A stretch of 64,000 nucleotides of DNA from Sedimentisphaerales bacterium (GTDB lineage Bacteria > Planctomycetota > Phycisphaerae > Sedimentisphaerales > SM23-30), in assembly GCA_963663805.2 (NCBI GenBank), contig CAXXMR010000011.1, positions 96,001-160,000 on the forward strand, read 5' to 3'. The notes under the pieces are model-generated. The model saw only the letters and a list, made by a program, of their open reading frames with translations, had not been told where the DNA came from and did not search any database. Below, piece after piece: positions 19,584 through 29,481 of the stretch (positions are counted from its first letter, which is position 1; every line of letters begins with the position of its first letter). The position numbers and the translations under genes were made by a program.

Positions 19584-19600
19584 TTATTTTTTTGCTTCAG

Positions 19601-19653
19601 GACCGGGGGCTTACGCCGCCCGGCTATGCGCTCTTACGACCCCTTGGGGGGTG
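19601..19653. repeat. REP-like palindromic element
   Basis: Reverse complement shares AAGGGGTCGTAAGA and GCGTAAGC with 50083-50130. Confidence 0.6.
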
Positions 19654-19803
19654 ATAATAAATCTGGATAGAGATATAGGCCTGTTTTTTATCTGGAATTT
19701 TAACATCTGGTTAAACAACAAGTTAGGGTTTATCGTCCGGAAATAACCGCACAACATAGGGACAACTTTTTAACATAATCAACACAAAATCGCCGTTTCC
19801 GGC

Positions 19804-19860
19804 TTGAAATCAAAATATCAATCCGATATATTCATAGTTGTACCAACAATTGGTCAACCA
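19804..19860 (+). promoter_or_regulatory. Promoter TTGAAA-N17-TATATT and candidate GntR-type operator AGTTGTACCAACAAT
   Basis: Hexamers at 19804-09 and 19827-32; GT..AC pseudo-palindrome just downstream. Confidence 0.5.
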
Positions 19861-19883
19861 GAAAAGTACAGGTAAAATCTTCT

Positions 19884-21026
19884 ATGGAAAAATTCGATAC
19901 TCTGAAATCTACTAACAACGCGCGTTCGGGATTGAAGTGGCAGGTTGTCAAAAAATTCATCATTTCCGAAGTATCATCTGGCAAATACCGCCCCGGCGAT
20001 GTACTGCCCAGCGAAAACTATCTTACTGACAAAGTGGGCGTTTCCCGCAATACGATACGTCAGGCTTTTGAGGAGCTCGAAAAGGAAGGTTACATTTATC
20101 GGGTACGGGGCAAGGGAACATTTGTTTCCAGACCAGCGCCGGTTAAAAACACAAATAAGTCTTCGATCTTTGGTCTGGTTGTCCCTGAAATCAGGCGCAG
20201 CTTGTACCCTTCACTGGTCCAGGGTTTCGGTCAGGAGCAGGCTGGCAAAAGCCAACAGACTCTTATCTGCCAGACCAACAACGACGTACACCAGCAGGGC
20301 AATATCATTCTTCAACTTCTTCATTGCGGGGTAAACGGCCTGGCAATCGTGCCGGTTACGATAGGCCAAACTCCGGTCTTCCAAATCGAAATGGTACTGG
20401 ACAGCGGCATCCCCGTGGTAACCTGCCACCGCGCTATTCCCGGCGCTGACGTGCCGGTAGTTACCTGGAACCGTGAACTTGCCGGCCAAATGGCCTGCCG
20501 GGAATTCCTCAAACTGGGACATCGTTCCATTGCCTATTACGGCGTACACCGTTATGTCGTTACGGAAGCACACGTGGCCGGCATGCGACAGACTCTCAGG
20601 CAGGCCGGCCTTTCTCTGCCCGACACTCACATAGTGTGGGATCCGCCTTCGGACACATCTGAACAGGACCGGTGCAAACAGGAACAGTTTTTGAAATTGC
20701 TCAACTCTGAAAATCCGCCCACCGCTGTATTTTGCAGCGACGATAACGAAGCCGAAAGGATTTACTGGCTTCTGACGGATAAAGGTATGAAGGTTCCCGA
20801 TGATTTATCTATTATCAGCTTTGGCAACTCGCTCCGCGATACCGTCTTTCGCGAACACCTGACCTCTATAGTCGTCAATGAACACGAACAGGGAACACTG
20901 GCAGCTCGGATTCTTCATGAAATGACCACCGGTAAGCGACCTATCAATGACAGTGAAGTTTTTGTGATGGACCTTAACGTTTATCGCGGGATTACTCTGG
21001 GGACGCCTGCATTTAAGAAGGCATGA
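19884..21026 (+). CDS. GntR-HTH / LacI-type ligand-binding transcriptional regulator (AraR-like)
   Basis: LPSENYL..GVSRNTIRQA..RVRGKGTFV plus a periplasmic-binding-fold C-domain (PTAVFC.DD, VPDDLSIISF). Confidence 0.92.
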   Translation: MEKFDTLKSTNNARSGLKWQVVKKFIISEVSSGKYRPGDVLPSENYLTDKVGVSRNTIRQAFEELEKEGYIYRVRGKGTFVSRPAPVKNTNKSSIFGLVVPEIRRSLYPSLVQGFGQEQAGKSQQTLICQTNNDVHQQGNIILQLLHCGVNGLAIVPVTIGQTPVFQIEMVLDSGIPVVTCHRAIPGADVPVVTWNRELAGQMACREFLKLGHRSIAYYGVHRYVVTEAHVAGMRQTLRQAGLSLPDTHIVWDPPSDTSEQDRCKQEQFLKLLNSENPPTAVFCSDDNEAERIYWLLTDKGMKVPDDLSIISFGNSLRDTVFREHLTSIVVNEHEQGTLAARILHEMTTGKRPINDSEVFVMDLNVYRGITLGTPAFKKA

Positions 21027-21200
21027 GGTATGAGGCGTTTAAGAAGGCATGAGGCAAAGATATAAGATTAACGGCACGGCAACGGCGGATTTACGGGATT
21101 AACGGTGGACGACGAAGGATTTCAATTTAGAGACAAGACATAAGATATAAGATTAACGGCCAGGTGCCGACCTATGGTCGGGATTTATTTTGATTAACGG
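21017..21200. repeat. Second heptamer / ATTAACGGC repeat cluster
   Basis: GGCATGA units, AAGATATAAGATTAACGGC x2, CCGACC-TAT-GGTCGG hairpin. Confidence 0.75.
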
Positions 21201-21239
21201 ATTTAATGGTGAAACTATTTTGCGGCGAAGGAGCTGTTT

Positions 21240-22076
21240 ATGAGTACAAGAAAAGGTTTTACACTCGTTGAGTTACTGGTAGTAGTTGCAATCATCGCTT
21301 TGCTGGTGAGTATTTTACTGCCGGCGTTGGGTCAGGCCCGGTATCAAACCAAGCTGGTACTTTGCGCTACCCGGCAAAGAACCATACTTCAGGCTATCAA
21401 CTCCTATTCGTCCGAATATGGCAAGCTGCCCCCCACAAACCAGTGTTGTTGGGAAAATGCCCGAAAAACTGACATATGGTATACTATCCCCAATCGTGTT
21501 AAATACAAATACGGCTCATCCTTTGAAATGAACGGCGGGTCAGTAATAAAGACATTGGGTGAATACATGGAGTCGGCAGCAAATTTCACCTGCCCCGCTA
21601 TCACTGGTGATGCCAAATGGGAAGAAAATTTCATCAAGAATTCCAACGATGACGGCATCCCTCTGCTTGACAGCTCGTTTTTCATGCTCTGGAACTGGAT
21701 GAAGTACGAAAATGACGGATTCAGGCCTACCGATAACAGCGACACTTTAATGGTCATGGATATGATGATGATTACAGACCAATACAATTGCATATCATCG
21801 CCAGGCGATTCCTGGATGACCAGCCACACCGTAAAGGGTGGAACAATAAAACTATTCGAAGGCTTATCATCATTATATCCCGAAGATGAACGAATCAAGA
21901 TATGCCGCGTCCCCAATCGTGACAATACACCCCCTGATATCAACATCAACGCCGGATATGTCGACGGGCACGTAGAACAAATCAATGCCGCTGACGACAT
22001 GTCCCAGATGATTACCAGAGACGGTTCCCCCAAAGGATATTTCTTTCCGAAAGGCAGTTTTCGTCAGCAAAAATAA
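21240..22076 (+). CDS. Prepilin-type N-methylation domain protein (DUF1559 / H-X9-DG-like)
   Basis: [15 protein letters not shown] type IV prepilin leader; C-terminal NAGYVDGHV. Confidence 0.9.
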   Translation: MSTRKGFTLVELLVVVAIIALLVSILLPALGQARYQTKLVLCATRQRTILQAINSYSSEYGKLPPTNQCCWENARKTDIWYTIPNRVKYKYGSSFEMNGGSVIKTLGEYMESAANFTCPAITGDAKWEENFIKNSNDDGIPLLDSSFFMLWNWMKYENDGFRPTDNSDTLMVMDMMMITDQYNCISSPGDSWMTSHTVKGGTIKLFEGLSSLYPEDERIKICRVPNRDNTPPDININAGYVDGHVEQINAADDMSQMITRDGSPKGYFFPKGSFRQQK

Positions 22077-22168
22077 CTCTTAACAATCTATTACTGATGC
22101 AAAGGATAGTTGGCTTGCCCGCGTAAAGCAGGCCGCAAACGAAGTTATCTTATAAGGAGAAACACAAA

Positions 22169-24424
22169 ATGAGAAATGTAATTCTGACAATGTTGGCAAT
22201 CTGCCTGACAGCGGCGGCAGCCAACGCCGGGACCGTAGCACTTTGGAACTTCGACGACAAGGCTATTGGCGAGTTGGCTGATTCGGGCGGGCGTCTGGTT
22301 GACAGCACTGGCAATGGCTATGATGTTTTTATTGATGACGCTTCAGTTCCTGTATTTGATGATCCGGCACCATTTTACAGTGATAGTGGGGCAGCCCTTC
22401 TTACCGCAGCAGGCAATGCAAAAATCATATTTGAGCCGAGCCATGACTTTGGCGATGGCGGCGCAAACGCCAACAGTGGCAACCTAGGCAGCTTTGGCAC
22501 AAACGATTCATTTACATTAGAAGCTGTAGTCCGGTACACTGCAAAAAATCAGCCCAGCAAAGTATGTTGTTTGATGTCTAAAATCAGTGGTGATGCCGCA
22601 GATCCGCAGTGGTGGTGGCGTTTGGAAGGCGGCGGTAAGACATATAAATTTAATATGAAGGATGAGGGTCTCGTCAACACGGCCAAGACAGTTACCTTGG
22701 CCAACAGCGTTTACGATGGCGAATGGCATCATTTCGCTTTTGTTCGTGATGCGGCAGCGTCAAAAATATACCTGTATATCGACTATGTCCAAGTAGGTAG
22801 TAACAATGATGTTACGACCTCTGATATTGGTGTAGGCGGTCGTTTTTGCATTGGTAATTTTGACGGTGTAGATAGCCGTGACATGATCGGCAGTATGGAT
22901 ATGGCGCGGGTCAGTGATGTTGCGCTTTCTCCTTCCGAATTTTTACCGATGCTTGAAGTTTTGCCGATTAAGCCTGGCAACCCCAGTCCGGCCAATTGTG
23001 GTTTTGATGTCGCCACGGCATCGGTAGACTTGTCGTGGGATACTATTGAAGCTCTTGATCCAAATTTCACCCTGGGCAGTCAGAGCGTAACAGTGGCCTC
23101 AGACGCTCTGATGTCAAATATAGTTCAGACATACTCAAGCGTTACCGGCAACAGTGTCACCCTGACCGGCTTAGATGAGTCACGGAGTTATTACTGGCGT
23201 GTGGATACTGTTGGTACTCATGATATTGGTGGTGCCATTACACGCGAAGGTGATATCTGGAGTTTTTATACGGTAGAAAAGCCAGGTGATGTTGCTGGTT
23301 ACTGGAAATTTGACGATGTGACTCCGGGCACAATTATGCTTGATGGCGACAAAATTCTCGATTCCAGCGGCAACAACCGTGACCTCTACCTCCTCAACGA
23401 ACTCGAAGACGTATCCCCATCATCCTATGACACTTCCAACCCTGCTTATGGTTCTGGCGGTTCATATCTAGGTTTAAGCGATGCTCAGATGATGCTTTTG
23501 TCAGGCTACGATTTTGGCGGCAGTACTTTAGCCGGCAGCCCGATTGTAATACCGACAGGCGAAGACTTCAGTATCGAGGCGGTAGTGCGCTTTGACGCAG
23601 CTGAACATGATAATTATAACGCAATTATCGCTTTTACCCCAAAGCATCCGGATTTGACTGACTGGTATGGTTATGATTTACCTCAATACTGGTTCCGCAC
23701 CGAGACTGATGGTAAGCTACGTTTTTGGACACTGGATGCTGGTGCGAATACCGGCTGGGTTGCCGGCTCTACCGACATTTATGATGGTCAGTGGCATCAT
23801 GTTGCCGCAGTACGTGATAAGACTGCCGGTACGGTAAGCGTTTATATTGATGGTGTTCTTGACGGCAGCTCAATGGACGAGACTACCACTGATATTAGCC
23901 CGAACGGATATATGGTAATCGGCGGTTTTAATGGCTACACGAGCCGTAACTTCGGAGGGAATCTCGACTTTGTCAAGGTAACCCGTGCCGCTCTGACACC
24001 GGCTGAATTTGAGCAATCTGTCGCTCTGCCCACCGCCCCCAGTCCGGTCAGCGGCGCAACCGGTATTCCTACTACCTACGTGCTGAGCTGGACTCCTGTC
24101 GCTGGTGCGACTATTACCACCCAAACCGTGGTACTTTCCAGCGATCCGTTCATGGTCAATGTTGTTGATACGATTGTGGCGGATTCCGGCGTAAACAGCG
24201 TGCCGGTCAGCGGCCTTGATATTGAAACCATCTATTACTGGCGTGTTGATACAGACGGCTCCGATGCCGGCGGGTCATTCAGTCGTCAGGGTTACATCTG
24301 GAATTTCCGCACTCCGATTTGTGTGCTGGAAATGGCCGAAGGCGATATTAACGAGGATTGCAGTATCGATCTGCTTGATTTTGCGATTATGTCGGCCAAC
24401 TGGCTTCGTTCTGAGTACGAATGA
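22169..24424 (+). CDS. Secreted non-catalytic LamG (x2) / FN3-like protein with C-terminal dockerin-like motif
   Basis: Signal peptide; DG.WHH.A.VRD twice; YYWRVD; GDINEDCSIDLLDFAIMSANWL. Confidence 0.85.
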   Translation: MRNVILTMLAICLTAAAANAGTVALWNFDDKAIGELADSGGRLVDSTGNGYDVFIDDASVPVFDDPAPFYSDSGAALLTAAGNAKIIFEPSHDFGDGGANANSGNLGSFGTNDSFTLEAVVRYTAKNQPSKVCCLMSKISGDAADPQWWWRLEGGGKTYKFNMKDEGLVNTAKTVTLANSVYDGEWHHFAFVRDAAASKIYLYIDYVQVGSNNDVTTSDIGVGGRFCIGNFDGVDSRDMIGSMDMARVSDVALSPSEFLPMLEVLPIKPGNPSPANCGFDVATASVDLSWDTIEALDPNFTLGSQSVTVASDALMSNIVQTYSSVTGNSVTLTGLDESRSYYWRVDTVGTHDIGGAITREGDIWSFYTVEKPGDVAGYWKFDDVTPGTIMLDGDKILDSSGNNRDLYLLNELEDVSPSSYDTSNPAYGSGGSYLGLSDAQMMLLSGYDFGGSTLAGSPIVIPTGEDFSIEAVVRFDAAEHDNYNAIIAFTPKHPDLTDWYGYDLPQYWFRTETDGKLRFWTLDAGANTGWVAGSTDIYDGQWHHVAAVRDKTAGTVSVYIDGVLDGSSMDETTTDISPNGYMVIGGFNGYTSRNFGGNLDFVKVTRAALTPAEFEQSVALPTAPSPVSGATGIPTTYVLSWTPVAGATITTQTVVLSSDPFMVNVVDTIVADSGVNSVPVSGLDIETIYYWRVDTDGSDAGGSFSRQGYIWNFRTPICVLEMAEGDINEDCSIDLLDFAIMSANWLRSEYE

Positions 24425-24448
24425 TGTGTTGATTGTTTTTAACCTGTA

Positions 24449-24488
24449 ACGGGGTGGGTCGGAGCATATCGGCCCACCCCGTATTTTT
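24449..24488 (+). terminator. Intrinsic terminator-like hairpin
   Basis: ACGGGGTGGGTCG ... CGGCCCACCCCGT followed by ATTTTT. Confidence 0.75.
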
Positions 24489-24491
24489 AGA

Positions 24492-26303
24492 ATGATTCGG
24501 AATAAAATGAAATTAAAATTAGCCTACATCTTCGCTTTAATAACGTTGTTCACCTCGATTACCAATGCCGCTCCGCTCTACCAGCAGGTGCTTTACCAGC
24601 GTGGCATGAATAATATCCACACCTATCGTATTCCTTCGCTTATCCAGGCACCGGACGGTACTATTCTGGCTTTTTGTGAAGCACGCGTAGACGGCGGCGG
24701 TGACGAAGACAATATTAACATTGTTCTCAGACGCAGCCGTGACGCTGGCAAGACGTGGTCGGCGATGCAGGTCATCTGGGACGAAGGGGTCAACACCTGC
24801 GGCAACCCTACGGCCCTGCTCGATGAAACAAATTCCCGTATCTGGCTGTTTATGAACCATAATCTCGGCCATGACCGGCTTAGATATTTTGTGAACGGCA
24901 CCAGCCAGGGCAGAAGAACCACTTGGTGCTGCTACAGTGACGATAACGGTAAAACCTGGTCGGCTCCTATCCAGCTAAAACATATCAAAGCGCCCGCAGA
25001 AGAAGAAACTGGGAACCTATGGGATGCCGTCGGGCCCGGTAACGGTATTCAGCTCAAACAAGGCCCTCACGCCGGCAGACTTATCGTGCCGGCCAACGCC
25101 CGTAATATATACAGCGACGACCACGGCAAAACCTGGCATGAAGGGACCATATTCTATCCCAACGGCGGTAATGAAGGCACCGTGGTGGAACTTACCGGCG
25201 GGGCGATCCTCCGCAATGACCGCATGAACGACCTCTACGCTCAATATCGTCGTCGCCTTTACTGCTACAGTTACGATCAAGGAGAGACCTGGACCCCTAC
25301 CATTCTCCATGACCAGCTTATAACGCCCATGTGTCAAGCCGCCATCATCTCTTACCCGGTTGAAAACAATCGGCAATATCTGCTGTTCTCCAACCCTGCC
25401 TCATTTTCACGCAATAACATGACCGTCCGCCTTAGTTACAATGACGGGCTGAGCTGGCCTGTTTCCCGTATGATATGGAAATACAATTCGGCCTACTCGT
25501 CTCTGGTTCGTTTGAAAGACGGTCGAGTCGGCTTGCTATACGAAAACGGCGACGGCAGTGCCTATCAGCAAATTACCTTTGCTTTGTTTGATATCGACTG
25601 GGTCAAGGATGACAGTGTCTTCCGCTGGGATTTTGAGAATCTGAGCAAATCTCAACTATCCGCCCAGACTATAATTTCCGACACCATGGGCTACAACCTC
25701 AGCGGTAAACTTACCCACAACATTCAGACCGCACCGGGTGGTGACAAAACCACCGCTCTGCGTTTCAGCGGCGAACAAGGCGTTACCCTCCTGCGTGACC
25801 AAAGCTCCGGCTATCTCGACTTATTTGCTGACACCGATTTCTATCTAAAAGCGGTATTTCGCACTCAATCTCACGGTCCTCAGCAAAAACCCGGCGCCCT
25901 TATTTCCAATGATTACGCACCCGGCCAGCCGTCATGGTGGCTCAGAGTACAGGATGGCAAACTAAAATTTTACATCCTCGACGAAAGACGCAACTCATCC
26001 GCAGTTGACAGCAAAACTAAAGTCAACGACAACAAATGGCACGAAGCCCTCATCGTCCATAACGCCGCGGAACAAAAACTCCAAATCTACCTCGACGGCA
26101 AACTAAACGCCGAACAATCTTCAAACTGCAAAGGCTCCTATGTAAACGACAAAAACATCTCCGTCGGCCAATTCAACAACGGCAGTTCAGGGTTCATTGG
26201 CGACCTGGACCTCGCCCAAATCAGCTATGGCTTGCCCAATCTGAAAAATACAAGCGATAACCCCCGGCACGAAGTCATACTCAAAGTACAGGAGTTGAAC
26301 TGA
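24492..26303 (+). CDS. GH33 exo-alpha-sialidase plus LamG domain
   Basis: YRIP, several Asp boxes (S.D.GKTW), AYSSL; signal peptide. Confidence 0.9.
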   Translation: MIRNKMKLKLAYIFALITLFTSITNAAPLYQQVLYQRGMNNIHTYRIPSLIQAPDGTILAFCEARVDGGGDEDNINIVLRRSRDAGKTWSAMQVIWDEGVNTCGNPTALLDETNSRIWLFMNHNLGHDRLRYFVNGTSQGRRTTWCCYSDDNGKTWSAPIQLKHIKAPAEEETGNLWDAVGPGNGIQLKQGPHAGRLIVPANARNIYSDDHGKTWHEGTIFYPNGGNEGTVVELTGGAILRNDRMNDLYAQYRRRLYCYSYDQGETWTPTILHDQLITPMCQAAIISYPVENNRQYLLFSNPASFSRNNMTVRLSYNDGLSWPVSRMIWKYNSAYSSLVRLKDGRVGLLYENGDGSAYQQITFALFDIDWVKDDSVFRWDFENLSKSQLSAQTIISDTMGYNLSGKLTHNIQTAPGGDKTTALRFSGEQGVTLLRDQSSGYLDLFADTDFYLKAVFRTQSHGPQQKPGALISNDYAPGQPSWWLRVQDGKLKFYILDERRNSSAVDSKTKVNDNKWHEALIVHNAAEQKLQIYLDGKLNAEQSSNCKGSYVNDKNISVGQFNNGSSGFIGDLDLAQISYGLPNLKNTSDNPRHEVILKVQELN

Positions 26304-26304
26304 A

Positions 26305-28077
26305 ATGACGCTCAAACAAGACGTATCCGAAGCAAATCCTAATCGCCGGGCCTTCCTGAAATTCTTAGGGCTGGGACTGGCTACGCCGCAATTGGCGAAT
26401 TCACTTCTGGCCTCGCCATCTCCCTCCGTCAAACGGCCTAACTTCCTTTGGATATGCACCGACCAGCAGCGTTGGGACACCATCACCGCCTTGGGCAATA
26501 CACACATCAAAACCCCCAACCTCGACGGCCTTGTCAAAAACGGTACCACTTTCACCGTTGCCCATTGCTCCGCTCCGCTTTGCACCCCCAGCCGTTCGGG
26601 GTTCATGACCGGCATGTACCCTTCGGCCATCGCCGCCTGTAAAAACGGGGCTGCCTGCTGGGCTGAAAAAGCCCCGCTCGTTACCAAACTGCTCAAAGAC
26701 GCGGGCTATGTCTGCGGTTTGTCCGGTAAACTGCACCTTTCCTCAGCCTACGGCGATAAAGTTGAAAAGCGTCCCCAGGATGACGGCTATTCCGAATTCT
26801 ATTTCAGTACCAGCCCCTATCAAGGCGGCCCGGCCAACGACTACCTCACCTGGCTGAGAAAACAGGGATACGAATACGAAGATTTCAAAAAACTTTCCTG
26901 GCAGGAACAAGCTCCGCTCCACCAGACAACCTGGTGCTGCGAACGGGCCGCTGATTTTCTCACCCGCCATCGGAATCGTCCCTGGCTCTTCAACATAAAT
27001 ATATTCCATCCTCACAGCCCCTACCACATCCGCGCAGACTTTCTAAAAAACCACCCCAATCTCGACAAAATCTCTCTACCCGAATTCCGTGAATCGGATA
27101 TTTACGAAAAGAGCGGCTGGGGTTTCACTCCCTACCGCTATCCCGACTCATATTTTCAATCTCGCCAGGCTGAATACTACGCCACTATTGAGCTTGTTGA
27201 CCAGAATATCGGCGGCCTTATCGAAGCCCTTGAAGCCACCGGTCAAATCGATAATACTGTAATTATTTTCACTTCCGACCACGGCGAGAATCTCGGCGAC
27301 CATGGCTTATACGGCAAAGGCAACTTCTACGAAGGCTCTGTCCGCGTTCCTCTTATCTGGTCCGGCCCCAGTATCCAGAAAAATATTATCAACGATTCAC
27401 TCGTCGAGCTGACCGAAATCGCCCCTACCATCCTGGATCTGGCCGGCGAAAAAGTTCCCCAACACATGCAGGGTATCAGCCTGGTTCCTGCCCTTCGGGG
27501 TAAAAAACAGAAACTTCGCGACCACATCCACAGCCAATTCTACGCCGGCACCGGTCCGGCACCCGGTTCCGAAGACTGGCCCGAAGAATACCTCACCATG
27601 TACCGTGATAAAAATTACAAGCACGTCGTCTACCACGGCTACGCCCGCGGCGAGCTTTTCGACCTTCAGAACGACCCCCACGAATACAAAAATCTCTGGG
27701 ACCAGCCCCAATACCTCGAAATACGCGACGAACTGCTCCTGAAAAACTTCAATGTCGCCGCCCGTGCCAACTACCCTGCCATGCCCGTTATGAGCAATCA
27801 GGCAGATGCCCGCAAGAAAACAAAGCTCAAAAGAATCGCTATTTTTGAAAATCACCCCGACCCCGACCTGCCCGGCCACTGGCTCAGCATCTACAGCGAC
27901 AGGCTCTACCACCTGGAAGTCCGCCACGGCTCCGGAAAAGTCAAACTCACCGACAAACATAAAAATGAACTTTGGTATAGCGATAACCACGATTTAAAAT
28001 ATAATATGCTCCGTAAATGTTTTGACGCCTTTGTGTTTTCCATCGACACCGGACCAGAACGAATCGGAAGATATTAA
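26305..28077 (+). CDS. Formylglycine-dependent sulfatase (Tat signal)
   Basis: NRRAFLK; CTPSR (CxPxR); GKLH; FTSDHG. Confidence 0.92.
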   Translation: MTLKQDVSEANPNRRAFLKFLGLGLATPQLANSLLASPSPSVKRPNFLWICTDQQRWDTITALGNTHIKTPNLDGLVKNGTTFTVAHCSAPLCTPSRSGFMTGMYPSAIAACKNGAACWAEKAPLVTKLLKDAGYVCGLSGKLHLSSAYGDKVEKRPQDDGYSEFYFSTSPYQGGPANDYLTWLRKQGYEYEDFKKLSWQEQAPLHQTTWCCERAADFLTRHRNRPWLFNINIFHPHSPYHIRADFLKNHPNLDKISLPEFRESDIYEKSGWGFTPYRYPDSYFQSRQAEYYATIELVDQNIGGLIEALEATGQIDNTVIIFTSDHGENLGDHGLYGKGNFYEGSVRVPLIWSGPSIQKNIINDSLVELTEIAPTILDLAGEKVPQHMQGISLVPALRGKKQKLRDHIHSQFYAGTGPAPGSEDWPEEYLTMYRDKNYKHVVYHGYARGELFDLQNDPHEYKNLWDQPQYLEIRDELLLKNFNVAARANYPAMPVMSNQADARKKTKLKRIAIFENHPDPDLPGHWLSIYSDRLYHLEVRHGSGKVKLTDKHKNELWYSDNHDLKYNMLRKCFDAFVFSIDTGPERIGRY

Positions 28078-28114
28078 GGCAACCAGGTGAACTTCATGAA
28101 ACGAGGAGTATATT

Positions 28115-29470
28115 ATGTCATTCAGTAAGGATTTCAAATGGGGCGTGGCGACTGCCTCTTATCAAATAGAAGGTGCTGTCAACAAGGACGGGCGTGGACC
28201 GTCGGTGTGGGATATGTTCTGCGGGAAAAAAGACGCGGTCTATCAAGGGCAGACCGGCAAGGTCACCTGCGACCATTATCACCGCTACGCTGAAGACGTC
28301 GATATAATGAAGCAGATGTCGGTTCAGGCCTATCGCATGTCGATAGCCTGGCCCCGGGTCATGCCCCAGGGTCGGGGACGGGTAAATCAGGCCGGTGTTG
28401 ATTTTTATGACCGGCTCATCGACGAACTGCTGGGTCAGGGCATCACCCCTTATATAACCTTGTTCCACTGGGACTATCCCTACGATCTTTTCTGTCAGGG
28501 CGGCTGGCTTAACAATGACAGCCCACAATGGTTCGCTGACTACACCAAAGTTATAATGGACAAATTCTCCGACCGTGTGAGCAACTGGATGACCCTTAAT
28601 GAGCCGCAGGTTTTTGTCTGCCTCGGCCATCACGACGGCATTCACGCACCCGGTCTGCAATACGGTTTCCGCGAAGTGCTGCGTGTCGGACACAATGTTA
28701 TGCTCGCTCACGGTCGGGCCGTACAAACTATCCGTGCCCACGCTAAAAAGACCCCCAACATTGGTTACGCGCCTGTTGGTTATCTAACCGTGCCGCGTGA
28801 CCAGAACTCTCCGGCTGACATCGAACTGGCCCGCAAAGAAACCTTCGCCGCCAAACCCCAAAACGCCTTCAATGCCGCCTGGTGGATGGACCCCATATTC
28901 AAGGGCCATTACCCCGAACAGGCCCTTGAGGTCTATGGCAAGGACGCCCCGGAATTTACCGACGAACAAATGAAAATCATTTCCGAGCCTATCGACTTCC
29001 TCGGCCTTAATATCTATTTCGCCTTTGAAGTTTATAAAGGCATGACCGAAAACTATGAAACCGCCCCGCGTGAAGATGGAGCGTGGTACACGCCCATGGG
29101 CTGGACCGTTGACCCGACCGCGTTGTACTGGGGGCCCAAATTCTATTATGAACGATACAAAACCCCCATCGCCATAACCGAAAACGGGATGGCCAACCTC
29201 GACTGCGTTTCTGAAGACGGCAAAGTACATGACCCCCAACGCATCGAGTTTCTCCGTCGCTACATCACCCAGCTAAAACGAGCCGCTAAAGAAGGCGTTG
29301 ATTTAAAAGCGTATTTCCAATGGTCCCTGCTCGATAATTTCGAGTGGGCTCTTGGTTTCAGTAAACGTTTCGGACTGGTTTATGTCGATTACGCCGACCA
29401 GAAAAGAATTATTAAAGATTCCGCCTGGTGGTACAAAAACCTAATCGAGACGAATGCCGAGCAGTTATGA
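28115..29470 (+). CDS. GH1 beta-glucosidase
   Basis: ATASYQIEG, TLNEP, ITENG, DNFEW. Confidence 0.95.
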   Translation: MSFSKDFKWGVATASYQIEGAVNKDGRGPSVWDMFCGKKDAVYQGQTGKVTCDHYHRYAEDVDIMKQMSVQAYRMSIAWPRVMPQGRGRVNQAGVDFYDRLIDELLGQGITPYITLFHWDYPYDLFCQGGWLNNDSPQWFADYTKVIMDKFSDRVSNWMTLNEPQVFVCLGHHDGIHAPGLQYGFREVLRVGHNVMLAHGRAVQTIRAHAKKTPNIGYAPVGYLTVPRDQNSPADIELARKETFAAKPQNAFNAAWWMDPIFKGHYPEQALEVYGKDAPEFTDEQMKIISEPIDFLGLNIYFAFEVYKGMTENYETAPREDGAWYTPMGWTVDPTALYWGPKFYYERYKTPIAITENGMANLDCVSEDGKVHDPQRIEFLRRYITQLKRAAKEGVDLKAYFQWSLLDNFEWALGFSKRFGLVYVDYADQKRIIKDSAWWYKNLIETNAEQL

Positions 29471-29481
29471 TAAGGTGTCCC

